64,000 bases of DNA. Source: an uncultured Acidobacteriota bacterium (GTDB lineage Bacteria; Acidobacteriota; Vicinamibacteria; Fen-336). Shown here piece by piece: positions 12,101 through 20,769 of the stretch (the stretch's first letter is position 1; every line of letters begins with the position of its first letter). Made by a program: the position numbers and the translations under genes. Below the pieces are notes generated by a model. The model had not been told where the DNA came from. It saw only the letters and a list, made by a program, of their open reading frames with translations, and ran no database searches. The stretch lies in contig CAVSPR010000010.1 of assembly GCA_963729875.1 (NCBI GenBank), positions 77,704-141,703 on the forward strand, in the 5' to 3' direction.

Positions 12101-13630
12101 GTGGTTCGACCCGTGGCCGGGCCGGCCGATACGGCAGAGCGGGAAGTCGGGTCGGTGGTCGACGAGCCGTCCGCCTCGGGCAGGCGCTGGAACTACGTGC
12201 GCTGGAGCCCGCGCGGAGACAGGATCGCGGTGGGAGAGGCCGGTGGCCGCCTCGCCGTGTTCGAGGTCGCTCCCGGACCGGCGGGCGAGCCGCGTGTCCT
12301 CCGAATGGCAAACCCCGAAGTCCAGTTCCGCCCGTCTTCGATCTCTCGGGCACGAGGCTGCTCTGGGGCTCCGCGGCCGACCGTCGCGTGTCGATCTGGG
12401 ACCTCGAGGGCCCGCCGGACGCCGAGCCCCTCGTGCTTCTCCGGCCGGACGCGGCCGAGACGAAGCCGAGCTTCTTCGACTACGGGGGTGACTGGGTCGT
12501 CGTCGTGAACCACTCCTCGCTGGCATTTTGGTCCCAGCGCCAGCCCCACGTCCGCGTGCTGCCGGGGCACGCTGCCGGGGTGAGCGCGTCTCGTGTTCAC
12601 CCGCGACGGGAAGTGGCTCCTCTCCTGCGCCGACGACGCCGTTCGCGCGTGGCCCCTCGCCGCGGGGGTGGGCGGGGGGCGGCGCCTGGACCGCGGCGGC
12701 ACATGGTGCTACGACCTCGCCATCGCCCCGGACGCGGGCGAGGTCCTGAGCGGCGGGCCGAGCGGCGCCTACCTAGCCCCGCTCTCCGGGGCTCCGGGTC
12801 ACTGGCTCTACCGGAACCCCGAAGAGGACCAGGTGGCGGCCTGCGCCATCGACGACTCCGGCCGGTTCGCAGCGACCGCACCCGCCTACACGGGTCCCGT
12901 CGCACGGAAGGCCCTGCGCGTGTGGGACCTCGCGCGCGGTGGGGTTCAGGTTCTGCCCCTCGTCCCCCCCGGGGAGAGGGGCGTGGGTTTTGACTGGGGC
13001 GTGGGGCACCTGAGCTTCACGCCCGAGGGTCGCGTGCTGGCCGCCGGCCGGCGAGGGATTCGCCGCTTCGACCCCCGGAGCGGCGAGAGCGCCTGGATCT
13101 GGAATGGACCGAACGCGTCGGATTCTGGCATGTCGGTGAGCGCCGACGGCCGGCTGGTCCTGGCCTTCGCCCGGCCCTCCGACCCGAAGGACGGCCAGGA
13201 CCGCCCGGTCGTTCTCATCGACCTGGCCGGGGGGGCGAGCCGATCCGTCACGTCGCACGGGACCCTCGTCGACGTCGTCGCTCTCGACGCGTCCGGACGG
13301 GTCCTCGTCACCGGAGACACGGCCGGGGCCGTCCGTGTCGGGTCGGCGGATGGCGAGCCTCACCTGTTGCTCGGTCACGCCGGCGCCGTCTCGGCCCTCG
13401 CCGTGTCCCCCGACGGGAAGTGGATCGCCTCCGCGAGCGGCGGGGAAATCCGACTCTGGCCGAGGCCGGACGTGAGGAAGCCGCCGCTGCACACGCTGGC
13501 CCACGCGGAGCTGATGGCGAAGCTCGAAACCCTGACGAACCTGCATGTGGTCGAGGACCCCGGCTCCTCGACCGGGTACCGTCTGGAGGTCGGCCCGTTC
13601 CCCGGCTGGAGGGACGTGCCGGCCTGGTGA
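9132..13630 (+). pseudogene. Ser/Thr protein kinase - STAND (P-loop) NTPase - TM - WD40 repeat multidomain protein; several frameshifts as sequenced
   Basis: Kinase domain 9132 to about 10000 (GAGGMGEVYRA, HRDVKPENVFL, DFGLAKL, GTLGYMSPEQ). NTPase part in ORF 10093-11004 (NPYPGLRAFGEEDAPVFFGRE.., Walker A VIGPSGAGKTSF, Walker B LVVVDQLEE). Then HESLLRVWPRLVRW, a TM segment (LVAGSLLGAAVVVAGVTGALW) and WD40-like blades ending in ORF 12593-13630 (SPDGKWIASASGGEIRLW). Confidence 0.75.
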
Positions 13631-13645
13631 GGAGAGGAGGGGGCC

Positions 13646-16600
13646 ATGAGGGCCGCCGCTCTGCTGCTCACGATGGCGTGCGCCGCCCCGGCGCTCGCCC
13701 AGATCACGCGGGGAGGGATCTGCGGCACCGTCCGCGACGCGAGCGGTGCGGTCGTCTCGGGGGCCGGCGTGACGGCCACCCGCGTGGACACCAACGTCGC
13801 TCGCCGGTCCGTCAGCGACGAGCTGGGCTTCTACCGCACCGGCGCCCTCGATCCCGGCGTCTACGTGGTCCGCGCGGAGCTCGCCGGCTTCACCGCCGCC
13901 GAGGCCCGCGACATCGGGGTGCGCTCGGCGACGGACACCACGGTCGACATGGTGCTGAAGGTCGCCGCGGTCGGCGAGGCGATCACGGTCACCGAGCAGG
14001 TTGCCGGCGTCGAGCTGAACAAGACGAGCCCGACGGTCGGCTTCACGACCGGGGCAAGGCAGGTCGTCGAGCTGCCCCTCAGCGCGGACCGCAGTGTCAA
14101 CAACCTCATTGCACTCTCGGCCAACGTCGTGCGGACCGTCGGCCAGGGCACCTACGCCGTCAACGGCCAGCGCTCCCGCAACAACAACTACATGGTCGAC
14201 GGCTCGGACAACAACGACGTCTCGGTCACGATCTCGACCGTGAAGGTGGTGCCGGAGGGGGTGGCGGAGTTCCAGGTGCTGACCAACCCCTACAGTGCGG
14301 AGTTCGGCCGCAACAGCGGGGCCCAGGTCAACGTGGTGACGCGGTCCGGCACCAACGCCTTCCGGGGCGAGGCGTGGGATTACTACACCACCAGCGAGCT
14401 CTACTCCCGCAGCAACCTCGAGAAGGCCTCCGGCCTGACGTCGCCGCCGCGCTTCAACCGCAACCAGGTCGGGGCAGCCTCGGAGGGCCGATCCTCCGGG
14501 ACCGCACGTTCTTCTTCCTCCTCTACCAGTACGACGCGCAGCGCCCGGGGCCGACGCTCGGGCCGACCACCCGGATGCCCACCCGGCCGGCCACGCCGCG
14601 CTCCAGGGCGTGCCGCTCGGCCCCGGGCAGACGCCGGCCAGCCGCGAGGCCGTCCTGCAGCGCCTCTCCTTCCTGCCGGACGTCTACGCCCAGGGCCTGA
14701 CGTTCCGCAACCTCCGGCCGACGCTCGTCAACGGGATCCCGATCGAGACCGGCGAGGCGAACGTCCGCTCTCCGCGCCCAGCACCTGGCACAACGTGCTC
14801 GCCCGGGTGGACCACCGGCTGGGCGGGGCCGACAACCTCACCCTCCGCTACCTCCTCGACGACCGGGCGTTCACCAACGCGGTCTCCAACTGCACGTTCG
14901 GTCCCGTTTTCTGCGGGAACGGGACCGTCCGCAGCTCGAACCTCGCGGGGAGCGAGATCCACACATTCGGCCCGTCGATGCTCAACGAGCTCCGGCTCTC
15001 GTGGGTAAGGCGCGAGATCGAGCAGGTGAAGAACGACCCCGAGAGCCCCACGGCGTCGATCGAAGGCCTCTTCACGGTCGGGGGCGCCAGCAACTACCCG
15101 CAGGGCCGCCTCGACGACGCGTTCCAGCTCTCGGACACGCTCACGTGGGAGAAGGGGCGCCACACGCTCAAGGCCGGGGTCGACGTCCGCCACAACCGCG
15201 TCCGCAACCGGGCGGCCTTCAACTCGAAGGGCACGTTCTACTTCAACAGCCTGCAGGACTACGTGAACAACGTCGCCGCCTACGTCGGGCAGGCGCTCCA
15301 GACGGCGAGCTACGATGCGACGCAGTGGCAGACGTCCTTCTTCGTCCAGGACGACCTGCGCGCGACGGCGGACCTGACCCTGAACCTGGGGCTGCGCTAC
15401 GGCTGTCGGAGGTGCCGCTCGGCATGTTCGGCGCCACCGACCCCGAGAGCCTGGCCGCGCGGGTACCCGGCCCGCCCGGGAGGGACGCCGACAACTGGGC
15501 GCCGCGCGTGGGCTTCGCCTGGAGCCCCCGCAAGGGCGGGGGCCTGCTCGGCGACGGCCAGACGGTGCTGCGCGGCGGCTTCGGGATCGGCCACGACCTG
15601 ATCTTCTACAACCTGTTGACCGTCAACGCCTCGAACTACCCCGGGTCGTGGTCCTCGGCCGGTTCGACGTCGCGAACCTCTACCCGGAGAGGCTGGCGGG
15701 CAGTGCCAGCCCCGTCTTCGACCCGCTGGCCGCCTACACGAACGCTCCCCGGACCTGCAGAACCCCGACACCCGCTACTGGAGCCTCACCGTCCAGCGGG
15801 AGATCTCGGACTTCGTGGTCGAGCTGGGCTACACGGCGAGCCGGAGCGGCCACGGGATCAACAGGTCCAGATGAACCCGTCCCTCCTCACCGCGGAGCAG
15901 GCGGCGCTCGTGGCCGCGACCCGCAACGCCGGCGCGATCCCGGGCGCGGCGGCGCGAAGGCTCTACCCGCAGTACGGGAGCCGACTGCCGATCCCGGCCT
16001 ACGTGGGGCCGGGCAGGAACGACGTCGAGGCCCGCGCGGAGTACGACGCGGCGATCATGTCGGTCAACAAGCGCTTCTCGAAGGGCTGGCAGGCCGGAGT
16101 CGCGTACACGTACAGCCGCTTCCTGAGCAACAACGACGCGTCCCTCGCCGAGAACGGGACCGACGCCTCGAGCCAGCGCCCGCAGAGCGCTCTTCGACTA
16201 CGAGGCGGAGTGGAGCCGCTCGCAGTTCGACCGGCCGCACCGACTCGCCCTCAGCTGGATCTGGGAGATCCCCGGGCCGAGGTCCGGCGTGCTCGGCCAG
16301 GTCCTCGGCGGCTGGCAGGTCTCCGGGGTGACCCAGGGCCAGTCGGGGCGCCCGTTCACGATCTTCACGGGCGTCGACTCGAACGGCGACGGCGCCACCC
16401 CCGACCGCCCCGACCGCAACGGGTCCTGCGGCGTCACCTGGGACGGCGAGCACCGGGGCTTCGTCAACGCCGGCTGCTACACGACCCCGCTCGGCACCAA
16501 CAACCTGCCCCTCGCCAACGCCCTCGGCGACGGCAGCGCCCCCGCAACAGCGAGCGCGGCGCCTCCACCTGGAACACCGACCTGAGCCTGCTCAAGCGGT

Positions 16601-16767
16601 TCCGGATGGGTCGGTGGGAGCTGAGCATCCGGGCCGACGTCTTCAACGCCTTCAACCAGGACTCATACGGGGTGCCGGTCGCCGTGATGAACAGCCCGAG
16701 CTTCGGCCTCAACACGAGCGACTCGGGACGGCGCAGCGTCGCCCTCAGCGTGAAGGTCGTGTGGTAG
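13646..16767 (+). pseudogene. TonB-dependent outer-membrane receptor with an N-terminal carboxypeptidase-regulatory-like domain; at least about eight frame changes as sequenced
   Basis: GGAGG-rich RBS, ATG 13646, signal peptide ..APALAQ. Then GTVRDASGAVVSGAGVTAT..GFYRTGALDPGVYVV (CarboxypepD_reg-like) and NGQRSRNNNYMVDGSDNND and NPYSAEFGRNSGAQVNVVTRSGTN (plug/barrel start). GGPILRDRTFFF lies in another frame. The C-terminal barrel ends ..RRSVALSVKVVW. Confidence 0.8.
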
Positions 16768-16803
16768 GCTGCCCGCGCCGGCCGGGCGGGCGAAGGGGGT
16801 CGG

Positions 16804-19242
16804 ATGAGGGGACGAGCCGGGGCAGTCCTCGTCCTGGTCGCGCTCGCGGCGGCGACGGGTGCTGCCGATCGGGCTCCCCTCGAGCGCCAGAGCTTCCGCC
16901 TCGCGGGCCTCGCGAGGACGGCGGAGATCGTCGTCGACCGCTGGGGCATCCCGCACATCTACGCCGCCACCGAGGAGGACCTCTTCTTTGCGCAAGGCTG
17001 GAACGCCGCGCGCGATCGCCTGTGGCAGCTCGACCTCTGGCGGCGGCAGGGCGAGGGGAAGCTGGCCGAGGCCTTCGGCCCACGGTTCGTGGAGCAGGAC
17101 CGCGCGGCACGCCTCTTCCTCTACCGCGGGGACCTCGACGCCGAGCTCCGGAGCTACCACCCGCGGGCGCGGTCGATCCTCACCGCGTTCACGCGCGGGA
17201 TCAACGCCTACGTCGACCTCACGCGACGGCAGCCTGACCTCCTGCCCGTCGAGTTCGAGCTGACCGGCGCCCGGCCCGGGCACTGGAGCCTCACGACCCC
17301 GCTCGTGCGCCTCTTCGGGCTCACGCGCAACGCGGGGCGCGAAGTGCGCCTCGCACAGCTCGTCCGGGCGCTCGGACCGGACCGCGTGGAGAAGCTCTCG
17401 CTCTTCGAGCCGCCCACGAAGCTGGAGGTGCCGAAGGGACTCGACCTGTCGGCTCTCGACGCCGCCGTCCTGAAGACCTACGCGCTCGCCCATGCCGGCG
17501 TCACCTTCACGGCGGCGGACCTCGCGGCGGCCAATCCGCAAGAGGACCGCGAAGGGCTGGCCCGCGCGATCTCCACGCCGCCCCCGGCTGATGCGTCCGC
17601 GGCGGGCGCCCCGCGGTTCGAGAGCAACAACTGGGCGGTCTCGGGACGGCTCAGCGCGTCCGGCCGGCCGATCCTGGCCGGCGACCCCCACCGGGCACTC
17701 GCGGTTCCGTCGTTGCGATACGTCGCGCACCTCGTCGGCCCGGGCTGGAACGTCGTCGGGGCGGGGGAGCCGGCCCTGCCCGGCGTCTCCCTCGGCCACA
17801 ACGAGAGGATGGCGTGGGCGCTGACGATCTTCGCCTTCGCCGACGAGGAGGACCTCTACGTCTACGAGACGAACCCCGCCGCCCCGCGCCAGTACCGCTA
17901 CCGGGGCCGCTGGGAGAGCATGCGAACGGTCGAAGAGCAGGTGCCGGTGCGGGGCGCCGCGCCCGTGACGGTCACCTTGCACTTCACGCGTCACGGGCCG
18001 GTCCTCTTCGAGGACGTCGTGCGTCACCGGGCCTGCGCGCTGCGCGCCGCCTACCTGCAGCACCCGGGCACCGCCCCCTACCTCGCGAGCCTGCGCCTCG
18101 GCCAGGCGCGCGGGTGGAGCGAGTTCGTGAGCGCCGCCGGGCGGCACCTCATGCCGAGCCTCAACCTGGCGTACGCGGACGTGGACGGGAACGTCGGCTG
18201 GTTCGGGGCCAGCCTCGCGCCCGTGCGGGACGGGTGGAGCGGGCTGCTGCCGGTTCCCGGGGACGGTGCGTACGAGTGGCGGGGAACCCTCGGGCCCTCG
18301 AACCTGCCCCGCATCCTCAACCCGCCGGAGGGCTGGATCGCGACCGCCAACCAGTTCAACCTGCCCCCGGGGTACCCGCACACCGACGCCTCGGGCCGGG
18401 AGTGGGCGGCGCCCTATCGGTTCCGTCGGATCGCCGAGGTGCTGAGCACGGGACGGCCGATCGGCATCGAGGACGCGATGCGTCTCCAGTACGACGACGC
18501 GTCGCTGCCGGCGCGGGAGCTGGTTCCCCTGCTGCGAGGCGTCGTGGCCGTGACTCCCGACGTCGATGCGGCTCTCCAGTCGCTGCGGAGCTGGGACCTC
18601 GTCCTCTCGAAGGACTCCGAGGCCGCGGCGATCTACGAGGCGTGGGTGGTCGAGCTGCGGAAGCAGGTGCTGTCGCGATACGTACCCGGGGCCGGCGGCG
18701 ACACCGGCGCGCTCGTCCCGATGCCGGTGCTCGTCCGCCTCCTCGCCTCGCCGGACGGCGCGTTCGGCGACGACCCCGTCGCCGGCCGTAACGCCGTTCT
18801 GCTCGAAAGCTTTCGACAGGCGGTGGCCCGTCTCGAGGAGACGCTCGGCCCCGACCGCTCGGCCTGGCGGTGGGGGCGGTTGCACCATGTCGCGCTCGAG
18901 CACGCGCTGTCCGCCACCGCGGGCGCCGCACGGCGGGACACGCTCGACGTGGCGCCGCTTCCCGTCGGCGGCGACGCCTACGCGGTCCACAACACGTCGT
19001 TCCGCGAGAGCGACTTCCGGCAGACGTCCGGCGCCACTTACCGGCAGGTCGTCGACGTGGGGGCGTGGGACCGCTCGATGACGCTCAACGCCCCGGGCCA
19101 GTCCGGCGATCCCCGCAGCCCGCACTACCGGGACCTCTTCCCCCTCGCCGCCGAGGGGCGCTACGTACCGATGCTGTACAGCCGCGAGAAGGTGATGGAG
19201 GCGGCGGAGCGGATCATCACCCTGGAGCCGGACGCCCGGTGA
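16804..19242 (+). CDS. Penicillin acylase/amidase family Ntn-hydrolase (possible acyl-homoserine-lactone or beta-lactam acylase), secreted
   Basis: Intact 812-aa ORF with a signal peptide. Contains DRWGIPHIYA..DLFFAQGWNAARDRLWQLDLWRR and the beta-subunit N-terminal nucleophile context ESNNWAVSG. Confidence 0.85.
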   Translation: MRGRAGAVLVLVALAAATGAADRAPLERQSFRLAGLARTAEIVVDRWGIPHIYAATEEDLFFAQGWNAARDRLWQLDLWRRQGEGKLAEAFGPRFVEQDRAARLFLYRGDLDAELRSYHPRARSILTAFTRGINAYVDLTRRQPDLLPVEFELTGARPGHWSLTTPLVRLFGLTRNAGREVRLAQLVRALGPDRVEKLSLFEPPTKLEVPKGLDLSALDAAVLKTYALAHAGVTFTAADLAAANPQEDREGLARAISTPPPADASAAGAPRFESNNWAVSGRLSASGRPILAGDPHRALAVPSLRYVAHLVGPGWNVVGAGEPALPGVSLGHNERMAWALTIFAFADEEDLYVYETNPAAPRQYRYRGRWESMRTVEEQVPVRGAAPVTVTLHFTRHGPVLFEDVVRHRACALRAAYLQHPGTAPYLASLRLGQARGWSEFVSAAGRHLMPSLNLAYADVDGNVGWFGASLAPVRDGWSGLLPVPGDGAYEWRGTLGPSNLPRILNPPEGWIATANQFNLPPGYPHTDASGREWAAPYRFRRIAEVLSTGRPIGIEDAMRLQYDDASLPARELVPLLRGVVAVTPDVDAALQSLRSWDLVLSKDSEAAAIYEAWVVELRKQVLSRYVPGAGGDTGALVPMPVLVRLLASPDGAFGDDPVAGRNAVLLESFRQAVARLEETLGPDRSAWRWGRLHHVALEHALSATAGAARRDTLDVAPLPVGGDAYAVHNTSFRESDFRQTSGATYRQVVDVGAWDRSMTLNAPGQSGDPRSPHYRDLFPLAAEGRYVPMLYSREKVMEAAERIITLEPDAR

Positions 19243-19271
19243 GGTCGTCGACCGCTCTGTGGAGGACTCCG

Positions 19272-20756
19272 ATGCGCACTCGTGGGACGTGTGTCGCCCT
19301 GGCCGCCCTTGGCTGCCTGGCCGCCGTGGCTGCCGCGCCAGAGCCGAAAGCCCCGAGTCGCTTCTCGCCGGACGTGCAGGCATACGTCCGGCACGATGCC
19401 CCGCGCATCGTGCTGGCGCACGTGCGCGTGGTCGACGGCACCGGCGGGCCGCCCGTCGAGGACCGCAACGTCGTCGTCGAGGACGGCCGGATCTCGGCGA
19501 TCGAGCCGGGCGCGGACCTTCGGCCGACGCCCGGGACGCTCGTGCTCGAGCTGCCCGGGCGCACGGTGCTGCCGGGTCTCGTCGGGATGCACGACCACAT
19601 GTTCTACATCGCGCGGCCCAACGTCGACGCGACGATGCGCTTCGAGCGGCCGCTGCTGGTGCCGCAGATGACGTTCTCCTCGCCGCGGCTGTACCTGGCG
19701 AACGGCGTCACGACCGCGCGCACCACCGGCAGCGTGGAGGGCTACGCCGACATCAACCTCCGCGACCTGATCGAATCCGGCCGGATCGTCGGGCCGCACC
19801 TCGACGTGACCGCCCCCTACCTGGAGGGAAAGGGCTCCCCCTTCATGCAGATGCACCAGCTGAAGGACGCCGCCGCCGCGCGCCGGTTCGTGGACTTCTG
19901 GGCCGACGCCGGGGCCACGTCGTTCAAGGCGTACATGTACGTCAGCCGCGACATCCTCCAGGCCGCGATCGAGCAGGCGCACGCGCGGGGCCTGAAGGTC
20001 ACCGGGCACCTGTGCTCCGTCACGTACCCCGAGGCCATCGCGCTCGGCATCGACGACCTCGAGCACGGCTTCTTCGCCAACACCCAGGGGGCGCCGGGCA
20101 AGCAGCCCGACGTGTGCCCGGAGGGACAGACCTCGGCGTTCCTCGACCAGGCGGACCCCGCGAGCCCCGAGGCCCGCGCACTCGTCGAGAGCCTGGTGTC
20201 GCACCGCGTGGCCGTGACCTCCACGCTGCCCGTCTTCGAGCACTCGCTGCCGAACCGGCCGCCGCTCGACCCGCGGGCCCTGGAGGCCCTCACGCCCGCC
20301 GCGCGCACAGCCTTCCTCTACGCCCGCGCCGCCCGGGCGGCCGCCTCGCCCGAGGTCGCCGCGAAGGCCCTCACCCGCTTCCAGCGCGACATGACGCTCG
20401 AGCTCGCGTTCGTGCGGGCTGGCGGACTGCTCATCGCCGGCCCGGACCCCACCGGCAACGGCGGCACCCTCCCCGGCTTCTCGAACCACCGCGCGGTCGA
20501 GCTCCTCGTCGAGGCGGGCCTCACCCCGGTGGAGGCCATCCAGGTCGCCACCCTCAACGGGGCCCGCTACCTCGGGCGCGAGAAGACGATCGGCTCCGTC
20601 GAGGTCGGCAAGCACGCCGACCTGCTCGTCGTCGAAGGCGACCCCTCGAAGGACATCAAGGACATCGAGCGGGTGGAGCTGGTCTTCAAGGACGGCGTCG
20701 GCTACGACCGCGAGAAGCTGCTCGCGAGCGTCCGCGGTCGGTACGGGGAGTACTGA
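19272..20756 (+). CDS. Secreted metal-dependent amidohydrolase family protein
   Basis: In-frame ATG at 19272 begins signal peptide MRTRGTCVALAALGCLAAVAAAP. Contains the H-x-H motif GMHDHMF and C-terminal GSVEVGKHADLLVVEGDP typical of the amidohydrolase superfamily. The upstream part of ORF 18870-20756 overlaps the acylase gene and is Arg-rich noise. Confidence 0.8.
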   Translation: MRTRGTCVALAALGCLAAVAAAPEPKAPSRFSPDVQAYVRHDAPRIVLAHVRVVDGTGGPPVEDRNVVVEDGRISAIEPGADLRPTPGTLVLELPGRTVLPGLVGMHDHMFYIARPNVDATMRFERPLLVPQMTFSSPRLYLANGVTTARTTGSVEGYADINLRDLIESGRIVGPHLDVTAPYLEGKGSPFMQMHQLKDAAAARRFVDFWADAGATSFKAYMYVSRDILQAAIEQAHARGLKVTGHLCSVTYPEAIALGIDDLEHGFFANTQGAPGKQPDVCPEGQTSAFLDQADPASPEARALVESLVSHRVAVTSTLPVFEHSLPNRPPLDPRALEALTPAARTAFLYARAARAAASPEVAAKALTRFQRDMTLELAFVRAGGLLIAGPDPTGNGGTLPGFSNHRAVELLVEAGLTPVEAIQVATLNGARYLGREKTIGSVEVGKHADLLVVEGDPSKDIKDIERVELVFKDGVGYDREKLLASVRGRYGEY

Positions 20757-20769
20757 AGCCCGCGCGTCC

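Noticed and set aside
16768-16803. GC-rich hairpin (GCCCGC..GCGGGC) after the TonB receptor gene as a terminator
   Set aside because: There is no downstream T-run, and such hairpins arise by chance in this GC background.
16663-19383. 906-aa minus-strand ORF covering the penicillin acylase gene
   Set aside because: It is an antisense shadow of a well-supported plus-strand gene, with composition-driven Arg/Gly/Pro-rich sequence and no recognisable domain.
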